A program made the translations under genes and the position numbers. From positions 14,942,001 to 15,006,000 of the forward strand of contig OZ024746.1 in NCBI GenBank assembly GCA_964016885.1: DNA of 64,000 bases. Direction: 5' to 3'. This DNA is from Eledone cirrhosa. Its lineage: Eukaryota. Below are positions 24,791-39,398 of this stretch, in pieces; position 1 is the first letter of the stretch; every line of letters begins with the position of its first letter. The notes under the pieces were generated by a model. The model did no database searches. It worked only from the letters and a program-made list of their open reading frames with translations, and was not told the DNA's origin.

Positions 24791-26752
24791 ATATAATAAA
24801 CAGTAAAATGTTTAATATAACGTAGGAAAAACTTAATTTAACCACTAAGGTAATTTATTTTTTCCGTTGATCCCATTTGTGTAATGTTTTGAAACAATGG
24901 TGGGACATGGGAGGTAAATCATACAAAATATTTGTAATTCATGGGAGATAACTCATTATCCATGAGTCGAATGACCATCAATTTATTTTTCTACGAGTAC
25001 CAAATTTTCGTAGGACTGGGTTGATACTTGCGACCTACTCAGTCTGGATGAGCTCCACATTTCCATTGCCCTTGGAGTAAGTGCCGATGTCTTTGTGGCA
25101 GACCCTTTGACTCCACGGGTCATCATAGGTTGTCTTGTTACCTGAACACTGGTCACTTCGTTCATCATGCCGAGCTAAACCTAATTATGAAGACAGCCCT
25201 GTCTCAAGTCAACACCCGCTCAATTCTGGAGCCAAACAGGTTGTCTAGGTTCGAGAGAAGAGGTCAGAGGGCCTTACCCTTTGTCTCTGGGTGAGGAGTA
25301 GATGTCTTATTTGAGGAAACCACAGTTACCGACTCCTTTGCTCCTTCCCACATCCTGGATGTTGCTGTAAAAGTGAGGGTCACAGCAATTGTAGCTGAAT
25401 GGAATAAAATTATGAAGTACGAGGAATTATAGGCAAATTATTTTTTTTCTTCAGCCTGTGGTGTTTGAGAAGTTTGGGGGAGCTGTGCGGCTCCAGACTA
25501 CATAATCGAATGTGTCAACGTGTATTTTGAGGGACATTTAACCGGCTTGGCTTATTAAATATGTAATCAGATAAATATTTAATAAAATAAAATAACACTA
25601 ACCAGTAAACAAACTGTCATTAGCGACCACTTGTCAAACATTTTTCATTTAGTATCAGCTCTATTATTAACTACACACACACATTTATATATACGTACAC
25701 GTCTTTATAAACTCATATATGCATATATATGTACATACACGTCTGTATACACACACACATATGTATTTGTATACATACGCATCTTTACATGCATATATAT
25801 AATATATATACAGACATCTTTATACACACACGCACATATATACATACATGTCTATGCACACACATACACCACACACACACCGTCGACTTACGGGGTATAT
25901 ATTCTGTATTATCATGTATGTATGTATATTTTCTGTATTTATTATTTTTATTTACTGCTTTCAGTCATTGCACCGCGGTCATGCTGGGGCACTGCCTTTA
26001 AGGACTTTAAATATAATGGCCTCAGTATTTAGTTTGCTGCTAATTTTTCATCGATTAAAAAAATATTATCGAATGAACCAGTTTATATTGAGTTAGTACG
26101 TTTATTGTTTTACAAAAAAAAAAAAAAGTTATTGGTGTTGTCTTAAGCTCCAGGTTAAGATACTTGCTCAAGGCGTCATGCAGTGGGACTGAATCTGAGA
26201 GCAGATGGTTGCCAAGCGAACTCCTTAACTACACAGCCATTCCTACGTAAGATATAGTATACACGTAGGTCCTGGACCCCCCCCCCCCCCCCTCTAAAAA
26301 AAATATGGTGCCTTCCAAACAGTTGTTGATCCCGGGGTTTAGAATAACATCTAGATTCTGAGTTCAAATTCCCCAAGAATTGACTTTACCCCCCTCCACC
26401 CCTCGCACCAGAATTGAAATTTATGATATAAGAGAAATTACTCCTTAGTGGAGGATTTCACGATCCATAAAAAAAAAGGAGAACAAGTGTTTTGAGGTCA
26501 AGAAATTCTTTATCAAAAACACATAAAAAGAAGATGATGTAGGACAGAACAAAGGAGAGACACAAAATAAAAACTCAGTCACTGATAGGTCAGAGACTGG
26601 GTTTTTACAATATATAAACAACCATCCAGTTATCGAACCAACCAACTGGAAATTTATAATAAATTGAAGTGAAAACTAACAGGTGCGTGTGTTTTTATTG
26701 GCAGCATGACCCTCCCAAAGTATAACACATTCTTTATCGTTATTTGTATTTT

Positions 26753-27150
26753 GGCGGTGGATTGGCAGTATCGGTAGAGGATCGGACGCCATGCTTTCCA
26801 GCATAGTTACGTCCCTTTACGATTTGAGTTCAAATCCCGCCGAGGTTGACTTTGCCTTTCATCCTTACGGGGTCGATAAAATAAAGTACCAGTAATGCAC
26901 TGGGTAATTGCTGGCCTTGTGCCTAAAGTAGAAACAGTTATTTGTATTTTGGCGGTGGATTGGCAGAATCGGACAAAATGCTTTGTGGTTTTTAGTTACG
27001 TTCTGAGTTTAAATCTCGCCGAGGTTAACTTTGCCTTTCATTCTTACGGAGGGGTGATAAAATAAAGTACCAGTAACGCACTGGGTTGATTTAATCGACT
27101 TTCCCCTCCTCCCAAAATTGTTGGCATGGTTCCTAAATCAGAAACCATTA
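26753..27150 (+). mobile_element. Two tandem SINE family A copies
   Basis: ggcggtggattggcag...gagttcaaatcccgccgaggttgactttgcctttcatccttacggggtcgataaaataaagtaccag twice; gttatttgtatttt is repeated on both sides of the first copy (TSD-like). Confidence 0.85.
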
Positions 27151-28199
27151 TTTGCAGTTTTTTTTGTCGATAAGTAGGAATCCAGGATGTTTTCAGGTAT
27201 CTGACCTGAATCTGTATGTTTTAAGTTCAAATTCTGCTTCTATCAACATAGTATCAGCAATGGAAACATCATTTCCTTGGTCTGATCTGATAATCTCGTC
27301 CCCTTTCTTTTGGTTGATAATTTCTCTAGTTTATTTTGTTACTTAACTTCCGTGATTTGATCACTTTGTGTGGTTGTATTTAAAAACCAATCTAAACTGC
27401 ACGAAAACAACACCAAGAAATGACAACAAACATTGATAGAACACAAACTAAACGTATATCCCTGGGAAATGAAGTGTTGGCAATAAATAAACACATTATG
27501 TAATAAGTTGTCAAAAAATGCCATGTGATAGTTTAAATATAACAAATGTCTTGAGTTTGTGTTTACGGGACTATCCTTCAACACCAATAATCTTGGTTTT
27601 ATTTTCTTTAATCGTCTGGGGTTGAATTTCTTTCAACCCTACGCTTCTCCAATGTCCGAAACATTTATTACTAATCTTCCCCGCAGTCATCAAAACAAAA
27701 ATATCGATCTTCTGTCTAAGAAATAGTTGTTGTTCAACCCAATGTGAACTTTGTTTGAAAAGAGCCACACTTAAAATACCAGCAACCCATTTTAAAGATC
27801 CATGCTTAAAATACTAGCGATTCTGCTTTTTAGGGATACATCCTATGTAGAGACCCATTGTTAAAATACGGGTGATCCTCCTGCCCTTTTAGGGATATAA
27901 ACCACGTTAAAGACCCACACATAAAATGCGGGCGATTTCGTTTTTTTTTTAAAACGGATATTTAGGACTAAGTGCTATGCAATTGGAAGGGCATTTGATT
28001 GATATTTCCACCAGGACGTGTTATTACATACAAAACTTACTTAAATTGTGTCTGGTTTACAATTTTGTCCAACCGCACAAAGCAATGGAAAAACGGACAT
28101 AGAAGTTGAACTAACTCTTAAAATTGTATTGTGTCGTATGTCGGGGGAGTGGAAAGGATTGAATAACTTGAAATGAGAAAATGAGCTGATGTTAGAGGA

Positions 28200-29220
28200 T
28201 AAAATATATTGAGGTAAATATAAGGAAGAAAGAATAGATTTTAGAGAGAGAGAAAGAGGGGGGTAGATAGGGATAGGCTAGAATAAGTGAGAGTTAGCTA
28301 GATGGAGAGAGAAAGAAATAGAGATAGATAAAGAGAAATAGAAACAGATAGATAGAGAGGAATAGAGATAGATAGAGAAATAAAGAGGGAGAGAAGGACA
28401 TATAATGAGAAGTAAGAGAGAATGGGAAATAGAGAAAGAGTGAGAAGAGAATGATGAAATTAGGACTAAAAGGAACTTGAGGGATGGAGAGAGAAGGGGA
28501 AGGAGGGAAAGTCAGAGAGAGAGAAAGAGAGCAAAAGAATGTCAGAGTGAAGAAAACTATAGAAGAAAGTCGAGAGAGAGAAACAGAGTTTTGGAGTTTT
28601 AGGTGAGGGATAATATAATAATTGTTTCTACTTTTGGCACAAGGCCAGCAATTACCCAGTGCATTACTGGTACTTTATTTTATCGACCCCGTAAGGATGA
28701 AAGGCAAAGTTAACCTCGGCGGGATATAATAATTGTTTCTACTTTAGGCACAAGGCCAGTAAAGGAGAGCGAGACAAAGAGGGAGATAATGGAAATAGAT
28801 GCCATGGAGTGAGACAGAAAAGAAAGACAATATATAGAGAGGGGAAAAGAAAGAACGAGAGGAAGGAGGTAAAAGAAATCACGTGCAATAGATAGATATA
28901 GAGAGGAAAAGAGAAAGAGGATGGTACAAGCGAGAGAGAAAGATATTATAAAGTTAGTGAGGGGGAAAGAAAAGAAAGTGTGTGCGATAGGTAGACAGAT
29001 AGATAAATAGATGAAGTGGAGTGGTAATAAGAGAGAGAAAGAGAAATAGGAGGGTAAGGAAATGTACGCGCAACAGATAGATACATAATGACACAGTAAG
29101 AGAGGGAAATTGATAGATACAGAGAGAGTGTGTGTATTTGAAAACGAGTGAGAAAGACAGAATAAAGTTAATGAAGGGAGAAAAATAGAGAGATAAAGGG
29201 GATATATAGTGAGTGAGGGT
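28200..29220. repeat. Purine-rich (GA/GATA) low-complexity tract with an inverted SINE A fragment (28620-28760)
   Basis: Strong A/G strand bias. Confidence 0.8.
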
Positions 29221-29579
29221 GTGAGCGAAAGTTCTCCTCTTACTTCAATGGACTGTTACAGGACGTCAACAACCACTTACAACTTTTAATTCCTCTCCTT
29301 CCTTCACTTATCGTTTTTTGTTGATTATAGACGTGTCTTCTTCAAATAATTCATTATCATTGTTTCCCTTAATTAATATCGGACTGATAATTAAAAACAC
29401 AACGCAACAAAACAAAAACAAACTATCTGATCGCCTGCCTGGTAAGTCATTCTGTATTATATATATTGTATATTATATATATATTATAGTTCATTTTTGT
29501 AGTAAAGTTTTTAAACTTATTAGTTGGACAGCGGAATCATGTGTTAATGGAACGGTTTGGCTGCATTATTCTCTCTCTC

Positions 29580-29624
<45 letters not shown>

Positions 29625-29731
29625 GTTTCTACTTTAGGCACAAGGCCAGCAAAAACTCAGTGCATTACTGGTACTTTATTTTATCGACCCCGTAAGGATG
29701 AAAGGCAAAGTCAACCTCGGCGGATTTGAAC

Positions 29732-29769
<38 letters not shown>

Positions 29770-29935
29770 GTGTGAGTATATATATATGTGTGTGAGTATA
29801 TATATATATATATATATGAAAATGTATGACCCCGACGGCAGAGCTCAAACCGTTTCGACGGCTATTTCTGGACTCATTGTATTGAGTACTCTGGTGCGTT
29901 ATGGTCCATCTGGTTCCTTACCACAACTCCTTCGT

Positions 29936-29938
<3 letters not shown>

Positions 29939-29969
<31 letters not shown>

Positions 29970-30083
29970 TGTATGTATGTATGTATGTATGTATGTATGT
30001 ATGTATGTATGTATGTATGTATGTATGTATGTATGTATGTATGTATGTATGTATGTATGTATGTATGTATGTATGTATGTATG
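29939..30083. repeat. (TATG)n microsatellite
   Basis: Perfect tetranucleotide run. Confidence 0.98.
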
Positions 30084-30174
30084 TGTGTGTGTGTGTGTCC
30101 CAGGTTTAATCGGGGGAAACCACAGTAAGGTAATCAATACATAGCAGAGTATGTTTAATAAAGAAATGGCTTCT

Positions 30175-30224
30175 ACTCCCTGATGATTTCCTTCGAATGA
30201 AACAGTTCTAGTCCTGTAGAAGCC
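30175..30224 (+). ncRNA. Type I hammerhead ribozyme motif (PLE tail family also at 32340-32375, 32615-32650, 39399-39528)
   Basis: ctcc-CTGATGA-tTTCcttcGAAt-GAA-ACAG-ttctagtc-CTGT-A-gaag: intact core, 4-bp stem III, GUA site; weak stem I in this copy. Confidence 0.6.
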
Positions 30225-31797
30225 ATCTCTCTACCCCCCCTCTCTCTCTCTATATATAATATATATATATATAGTCTGTTTAGTCCCAGGTCAGTTCTCA
30301 AGTTAACCGATGATCAAAAGCCATTCCTATCGGGACCATCCCATCTAGGATCACATCAAATGTACCATATTTATTATAAACGATAGAGTGTGATTTGAGG
30401 CTGTTATTTCTAAGAATTTGTGTGACTAAGTTAAGGCTCCCACGTTTGACTAGTCTCTATTAATGTGTCTGTATTTGCTGGTTTCATGCATTGGATTGCG
30501 GCCACGCTGGAGCACCAACCTCAATGGTTTTAGTCGATCACATCACGACACCAAGACTTTATTTCAGCCAATTTTACGTATTATTTTATCGATCTTTGTT
30601 TTAAGTTATAAACACAACTCGATATTAGTTTACACCAATAACCATAAACGAACACATAATATATATGTATGTATGGTATATATATATATACATACATACA
30701 TACACGAGTGACTGGTTTCCAGGCAATCTCTATCTATCAAATTCCTCTCATTAATGTATCAATAAAAATGTTGGGATCGAAATCAACCACATGGTTGTGA
30801 AACAAACCTTTTAATCATACACACACAGTAGCGTAAAAGTTAGTGAAGTGAGATGGAAACTTGCCTCTTGCGGCACTTTATAGTTTTTTTTAGAAGACAG
30901 TGATGGGGGTGGGAGTTAAACTCGAGGTTAGGGCCATCGCCGGAGGGGGGGGGGGGTCAAACTCGAGTCGCGCCGTCACCAGGTGGGAAGGGGGCACCCG
31001 ATGGCCATTTCACATATTTTTCCAAGTTGCACCCTCAGATTTTGGAAAAAAATTTATAAAAAAAGCATGCTCAAATACGCTCCTTCAATTAAATTCAAGA
31101 ATGTTCTAAAGCCTCTCCTCCATAATATGAGAGCCTAATGGCGAGTTTGCCCACTGAGCGGCACAAACTCTACGTCACTCATCACAGTCATGCTCATGCT
31201 TATATATACACGGTGCCCCCCCCCCAAAAAAAAATGTATACACACTTCAACAGCATTCTAATAAATATGTGTATGCATTTTTGGGAGACACGCTGTATAT
31301 ATGTGTGTTTATCAATATTTGCATGTCAAGCGTGGATATGTTTATATGTAGAGGGGCGGTGGAAACCTTTCTGAATTGGGCGGGGCGATTTGGTCAATTT
31401 AGTTGCAGTAATTAGTTTAACTCTTTGCATCCTAAAATGGTCAGAAAATGCAATTTGAGTCCAAACAGGTCACATTACATTTACAACTTTCAATAATTAT
31501 AAAGTGATTATAGCAAAATGACCTATGAAATCTGTCTCTGAAACACATACTAGCAATTGGTAAATAGTGATATGTGGAGAAAACGTTATGCCATGACAAA
31601 AAAATTTACTATGAAGGTCAACATAATATATTGCACTGTTTTTATCAAATATCAACTAAGATATAAAAAAAAACTTCGATGTGCAATAAACATAACATGT
31701 ACATACATTGTAGCGCATATACAAATAGATCCGTGTTTTGGTAGTTTGGGGAGAAAAATATAATTATTGTGTCTATATATTTGTTTGCCAGGCGTAG

Positions 31798-31833
<36 letters not shown>

Positions 31834-32281
31834 ATCTATGTATGTGTATATCAAGCGTGGTATACACATCAAGTGCCCCACTCCACCCCACCCAATGTCC
31901 GGTATGGTCAAATATTCTCTTAGCTAATCCCGGGTTCAATTTCATTGATCCAAGTTTTGTGAATCAAATTGAGTGAAAGGAAATTGTGTGGAAATTCGTC
32001 GGATGATTTGTAGGGCTAGCCTTGTCGTGTGATTTAGTCTGTTAATGGTGCACCTATCTGTGGAATACTCAGCCACATACATGGCATTGCAATGGTTAGG
32101 TAGTTCAGTTGATTGAACAACTGGAAAAGTGGTCAAAATTGACGGAGGATTAATTTGTGTCAGTCATTATGTGTATGTATGTGTTTTTATGTGTGTGTAT
32201 GTATATAAATGTATGTATATTTGTGTGTGTCACTACCACTCCACTGCACCGACCAACACCATTCTCTATATCAACCACTCT

Positions 32282-32568
32282 TTTTATTTTATTTCATTTT
32301 AAAATTTCACAATTGTCATTATCACCAACAAATATATATATAGAATGAAACACTTCTAGTCCTGTAGAAGCTCTTATATATATATATATTGTTATATTTG
32401 GGGAAGGTCATATTTGCGTAATATTGCCAGAATTAATAACAGAACACACTCACTGTTTTATTATTAATTCTGGCAATATTACGCAAATATGACCCTCCCC
32501 AAATATAACAATATCTGTTTCGACACACGATTTCATATAAAAAACCTCGCAAAACTAATTCATCGCCG

Positions 32569-32618
<50 letters not shown>

Positions 32619-32708
32619 GCTTCTACAGGACTAGAAGTGTTTCATTCAATATATATATTTGCTGGTGATAATGACAATTGTGAAATTTTAAAATGAAATA
32701 AAATAAAA
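32282..32708. repeat. Nested inverted repeats (outer arms about 95 bp, inner arms about 55 bp)
   Basis: 32282-32375 is the reverse complement of 32616-32708; 32388-32439 is the reverse complement of 32462-32513; (TA)n between. Confidence 0.9.
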
Positions 32709-32724
32709 GTGTGTCTGCGTGTTT

Positions 32725-32756
<32 letters not shown>

Positions 32757-32791
32757 AATGAAAAGTATAGAAATTGTTGGAGCGAGAGGCT

Positions 32792-32832
<41 letters not shown>

Positions 32833-32916
32833 AAGTTTTATTTAAATTGTTGGGTTAACAACGAGTAAATATTTATAACTGATATAAAAGCACTCAACAA
32901 GTATTTGGAGTATATT

Positions 32917-33281
32917 TACGATATTAAATAAATGGAAACTATATTTATAAAACCATATTTATTTCATTATATATATTTCAGGGATATCATATTAAAAATA
33001 TGTTATGCCTTCTTCAGACAAAATACAATATAAACAGTCTTATAAATAGATAGATTCGACATACCTTTCAACTTCGACTTCTATTTGAAAAGTATACTAC
33101 CAAATCAACTTTTCAAATAGAAGTCGAAGTTGAAAGGTGTGTCGAATCTATCTATTTATAAGACTGTTTATATTGTATTTTGTCTAAAGAAGGCATAACA
33201 TATTTTTAATATGATATCCCTGAAATATATATAATGAAATAAATATGGTTTTATAAATATAGTTTCCATTTATTTAATATC

Positions 33282-33284
<3 letters not shown>
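32917..33284. repeat. Near-perfect palindrome, about 175-bp arms and 15-nt loop
   Basis: tacgatattaaataaatgg...gaaaagt / acttttc...ccatttatttaatatcgta; only a few mismatches; (TA)n adjacent. Confidence 0.95.
32961..33024 (-). ncRNA. Minimal type I hammerhead ribozyme motif in the left palindrome arm
   Basis: Reverse complement: ATTTTGT-CTGAAGA-AGG...CCT-GAAA-tatata-TA-ATGAAAT then aataaa; the right-arm copy has CTAAAGA (core mutated). Confidence 0.6.
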
Positions 33285-33318
<34 letters not shown>

Positions 33319-33573
33319 AAACATCTTTTTATAATTACGTTTAACTTTTATTGTTAGAATTACAAATGTTTATTTCGTATTTATTCATCCATCCATTTAT
33401 TCATATAAAATATACAGGTTAGGTTGCTTTTTTTCGTGTGCTAGTTCTCGGGAAAGTTTAACTTTATATTGTTAATCATGTTAAGACCGGAGCCCTTAAC
33501 TTTAAAACATCCAATGAACCTACTATGACATGCAACCCTTGTAGGAGGCCAACCAGGTGTGAGCTGTAAATTT

Positions 33574-33621
<48 letters not shown>

Positions 33622-34216
33622 CCAAGGAAGTGTGGTAAGGAACCAGATGGACCGTAACGCACCAGAGTACTCAATACTTAGGGTAGTAGAGTGGGTAATG
33701 GGAAAATGTTTAACCCCGACGGCAGAGGTTACACATTTCCCTACATATATATGTTTTAGGTAATTTTGGAGAAAAATCAAAGGAAAAAAGAGTGCTCTAT
33801 GTATAGAACAGCTATTTAATTAGAAAGTGAACACAATATATAAACTACTCCATTACCAAAGGTCTGATGAACGATCCAGACGTATATTGATATTGTCTAG
33901 AGTCCAGAAACTTTTAGTAATGGAATAGTTATATGTTGCTCACTTTCCGAAAGGATGAATATTTTTATAATTGTTACATTAAATGGATTTAAATTTTGTC
34001 AAATATATGTACTGTATGTATGTGTATAATTAAAATCGTCAACTGCCCCATATTTGAGCGTAAATATGACCGGATTAAACCAAAGTTAACTACGAATTCA
34101 AGCAAGCGTAAACTATACACCTGCAATCAACCTATTTCACCCGATCCTGGGCACACAAGGAAGAAACCATACACACATACTTTTCTCTCTCTCTCTCTCT
34201 CTGTCTCTCACTCACT

Positions 34217-34539
<323 letters not shown>

Positions 34540-34582
34540 CGCTTCCCTGAATTCTAGAAACATCTACATATATATATATATA

Positions 34583-35240
34583 TCACACAAGAAACGGAGA
34601 ATCAGTGGTGCGACGAATTCAAATTTATTAGACATATTACAATCGTTTCTCTCGCGACCAGATGGATGCACAATCAATGCAATGATCGAACCTGACTCTG
34701 AAATCGCAAGATCCTCAGATACGTCTCGATTCTTTGAAGCAGAGTTTCCAAATGTCCAGTTACTCCCGTGGCCTTCGCTGGCCAGCTTAAATCCTGTTGT
34801 TGTCTGTCGATGAGTGGTCAAGAATTGTACACTTCGTCGGTATTTTTGACCACTCATGGCCGTCATTTATCTGGTTCCTTTCATATGCCACCTGTTAATC
34901 AAAGTTGTTTCTTATATCGGAATTACTACTGTAGGAGGTAAGGGGTCGCCAGAGAAACGATTGTAATATGTCTAATAAATTTTAATTCGTCGCACCACTG
35001 ATTCTGTTTCTTATGTGATATTATACTCTGCTCTGTAAGAGCATCGAGTGCTCAAACGGCCTACCGCATATGGACGCTTTAAGCACCCCACACCAATTAT
35101 TTTGCTCCTTCCCAAGTTGAGCGCTTGCAGCGAATCACCATGGAGAAATTCCAGTACTCTTTCTCATCCAAAGACATCCCGATCCCTTCGGACAACACCT
35201 ACCTATGCCTACTCATCCACGCATTGGTATCAGAAGAGGT
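34583..35240 (+). mobile_element. Penelope-like element remnant with inverted pseudo-LTR and ORF start
   Basis: 34583-34660 is the reverse complement of 34943-35020; hammerhead on the minus arm; ATG near 35139 gives MEKFQYSFSSKDIPIPSDNTYLCLLI, recalling the YSxKxIPIPS..Y N-terminus of invertebrate PLE ORFs; related copy at 39028-39300. Confidence 0.65.
34631..34725 (-). ncRNA. Type I hammerhead ribozyme with extended stem II
   Basis: Reverse complement: GACGTAT-CTGAGGA-TCTTGCGA-[46 nt]-TCGCGAGA-GAAAC-gatt-GTA-ATATGTC-taataaa; 7-bp stem I, 8-bp stem II, intact core. Confidence 0.8.
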
Positions 35241-35268
35241 AATCCTTTAGTATTTAAAATACTAAAGG

Positions 35269-35453
35269 TAACCCTTTAGTATTCTCTCACCTCTTTCTGT
35301 TCAAACTGGCCATAACTGGCCGTTCATACTGTCTTTCTCAAAATAAATAACATCAAAATCTCATAGATTTGATATGTGAGATGATTATGTAAGATAAAGC
35401 CTTTACTACAAAAATACAATAGTATATAGAGAGTAATGTAAATACCGAGTTAA
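35269..35453. mobile_element. piggyBac-like MITE, reverse orientation to 2003-2184
   Basis: taaccctttagt...aaaatctcatagatt...gagtaatgtaaat...ttaa. Confidence 0.65.
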
Positions 35454-38261
35454 ACTCACATGAAACCCACTTCAGAATCTGGAACTAAAAATGAGAGCAC
35501 CTCTTGTGTTGCTACAGAATTGGGAGGAACCAAAACTCTGTAGCACCAACATTTAACTATTAAAACTCTAATAATTCATGTGACAGCTACCATTATGACT
35601 GATTATATCAAGATAAAAGATACTTCCATTTCCTATCAGATATGTGTGTGTGTACCTATAATTCCTGATGGAATTGTAGGGGTGGCATAGTGACATACAG
35701 GGACATTTTTTCAAGCCTGGTTGAACCCATCCCTCTCCAGGTTAGAATATAGCCAATTTCTTCTAGAGAAGGAGAAATAGTTATGAAGAGGAAGTGAGAA
35801 AGGGATATTGAGGAAGAATCAAAGCCAGTACTAGACTGGTACTTTTTTATCAACTCCAAAATGATGAAAGGCAAAGTTGACTTTGACAGGATTTGAACTT
35901 AGAGAGCCAGAAGAAATACTTGCAAAGTATTCTATCCAACGTTTTAATGACTCCCCTAATTCATTGCCATCTCATTGAATAGTTAGGGAAGAATATATCG
36001 ATTGTTTATTTTTGTTTTGAACCTTTATTTGTTTTGAACCTTCATTTGAAAAGAGGGTGATAACCCTGAAATATGTTGAAATATACTGGATAAAACATTA
36101 CTTTGTTTTATTTGTCCTCCTTTACCCTTTATATATTTCTACCACATTGTACTGGCTTTCTGAAACTTATCAGTCATTTATTATATATCTAACAATAAAT
36201 ACTTCATATTAACTATACTACTTTAAGCACATCCAGTTTCTTGTGACATTGTCATTTTTGTTATGACTATTATCAACAATCCTTATGAAGAGTCTGTTAA
36301 GGTTGCTGGTATTGAACTCACAGTGTCGGGTTTCTCTGGTGGTTAACTTTGTTGTGGTAAGCAGTGCATCATCAGGCCACCAAACCACAGAACAAGATAT
36401 ATCTCAGAGCTTCTGCTGATTATAAGCAGAAGAATTTCTCATACAATTGCTTCCGTTTTACATGTATATCAATGGAGACTTACAAGATAAGGAATAAATA
36501 TACGGTTTTCTTGTGTCACAAAAAATTAAGACTAACAATAATTACATTCTCTGAAATTCATACATCACAGAAGCCTGAAAAACTTCAACTTGTGACATGT
36601 GTCTGCTTCATAAGAAAAGATGGATGGATGCAGAAAGAAGTAGATAAAGTGTTGCTGTTATGTCATTTATGTTTAACAAAAACAAACATTTCGACATATA
36701 TGGTACATTGGCAGCGCCAGGTACTTCTGCTACTCTCTGTGTGTGTGTGTGTGGGAGGGGGAGTTGAAAAAAAGCTGACTAACTTTCCTTACTCTCATCT
36801 TTCTGTTTCTGCTCTCTCTTAGCCTATCTTTTAATGAAGGACAAAGGACTAACATTTGAAATGTTAATACTATTTTCCTACATCACACAAGCATTAAACC
36901 AATATACATCATCATTGTACTGAATTGTTTTCCTCTGTTGACTTTTCTCATATCACATCTGTATACTCTATATCTATATCACTTTTTGTATGTTTATCTG
37001 TTTATCTATTTCTCTCTCTCTCTCTGTCAGTCTGCCTATCTAAATGTCTGTCTGTGTGTCTCTCTCTCTCTATCTAATTGTCTGTCTGTCTGTCTCTCTA
37101 TCTATCTACTTGTCTGTCTGTCTATTTATCTATCTATTTCACTTCTGGTTGAGTATTCCACTGCTATGTATACTTTTAACATACTTCTCATGGGTTACAG
37201 TCTATCTGATAGACTTCCAATCAGTTTCTGTCTATCCAATTTCTCTCATAAGGCTTCAGTTGACCCAAGATGGCATACAATGGGACCTAATCTGGGACCT
37301 TATGACTGTTAAGTGAACTGCTAAACCATCCATCCAAGAGCTTCTTATAGGCTTGATCCATTGATCCATGTTGACCGGTATAGAGGGCCTTGTTATTAAG
37401 TTAGCATTTGATAATATTGAAATATCATCATCAACATCACCAGCACCACCATTGCCTAATGTCTATTTTACCATGCTTGCATGGGTTAGATGAGTTGTCA
37501 CGTTATGAGACAAGTCAGGTCCAGAGACCACGTCATGCTTATATGGTTCTGTATTTTGGATTGGTTTCTACGACTGGATGCCCTTCCTAACACCAACCAC
37601 ATTATAGGAATTATGTGGAGTGTAAATGAGAGAGGGTGGAGGTGGGGAGAGAGATAATGATTTTTAATTGAAGCTCAAGGCCAGCAAATTTGGGAGAAGG
37701 GCAAACTTAATTAAATTGACCTCTTTATTTGACTGGTACTTTATTTAATTGACCCTGAAAGGATGAAAGGCAAACTATTCTTCTGTAGGATTTGAATTCA
37801 GAATGTAAAGAGCCAGAACAAATACCACAATAGAATTTTATCGGACACTCTACCAATTCTGCCAATCCACCACACTAGACAGACAGACAGATACTATCAA
37901 AATATGTGAAGTGTGTGAGAGAGAGAGCAACTTTGCTTGACCTTTTGATTTAAAGATGATAAAGGGTGATTTATTCTGGGTGTGTGGGTGGAATGTTCAA
38001 CAAGAGTCCTGTGAGGGTGTTACTTATGTGTTGGTGTCAGTGTGGGGACAGTGAATGAGTCGGGTAGGGGTGGTGTGGCGGCTATTGGCGTGGGTGGGGC
38101 GATCAACAAAAGTGGGGTTGCGTGTGTGAAAATATAAAAGAGCTATTAATGGCAAGAACTACATGATCAGGGGTGAGGGCTCGGGTATCATTGAGGGTTC
38201 CAGATGCTTGAGTATCCTTTCTCATGTTATAGAGAAACAAATCTAGTTGTGGTAGTTGTTG

Positions 38262-38603
<342 letters not shown>

Positions 38604-38619
38604 CAGCATTTTTATTAAC

Positions 38620-38850
38620 CACTTTTATGTCAGTTTTTCCAGCCTTGCATGGTTGGGTGGGTCGTTTTCAGTAGTCCTCTGAGTCTCTGTTGTTTGAGGT
38701 CAGTCCTCACCACCTCTGACCAGGTCTTCCTTGGTCTACCTCTACTGTGGCTTCTTTCCATTGGCATTTCCTGGCACTTCTTCACCCAGCGTTCATCGTC
38801 AATCCACATCACATGTCCCTACCAATGCTGTCTTCTCTTTTGCACACCAT
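38620..38850 (-). mobile_element. RTE LINE 3' fragment
   Basis: WVKKCQEMPMERSHSRGRPRKTWSEVVRTDL. Confidence 0.8.
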
Positions 38851-39159
38851 CTCAGATTCCTGATTTGAAGCTGATGGTATGGAGTTACCTGCCATTGATC
38901 AGGCTACACAATGTTACTGTGTTCTTTGAAACGACTTTAAAATGACTTTGTTCTTTAAAACGGGGGATTAATTGTTCCCCCACTTTAGGTTTTCTTATTC
39001 TTTCATTGTTTAATATATATATATGCATTTGGTGTGGGATGCTTAAAGCGCCCGTATGCGGTAGGCCGTTTGAACACTCAATGCTCTTACAGAGCAGAAT
39101 ACATCTCAATCCCTTGAAGCAGAGTTTCCAAATTTGGAAACTCTGCTTCAAGGGATTGA

Positions 39160-39254
39160 GACGTGTCTGAAGAACTTGCGATTTCAGAGTCAGGTTCGAC
39201 CATCACATCGATCGTGCCTTGAGCTGGTTGCCAGAGAAATGATTGTAATATGTC
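39160..39254 (+). ncRNA. Diverged copy of the long-stem-II hammerhead
   Basis: GACGTGT-CTGAAGA-acttgcga...ttgccaga-GAAAT-gatt-GTA-ATATGTC-taataaa; preceded by a near-perfect hairpin at 39102-39163. Confidence 0.6.
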
Positions 39255-39301
39255 TAATAAATTCCAATTCGTCGCACCACTGATTCTCCGTTTCTTATGT
39301 A

Positions 39302-39335
<34 letters not shown>

Positions 39336-39398
39336 CCTGGTTTCAATTGAGAGTAACTGCAGTAAGTAAAGTACTCAATACATAAGTAAAGAGTAAAC

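Noticed and set aside
33825-33950. CTGATGA...GAAAC...GTA as a hammerhead
   Set aside because: Stem I does not pair next to the core; better explained as a degenerate inverted repeat.
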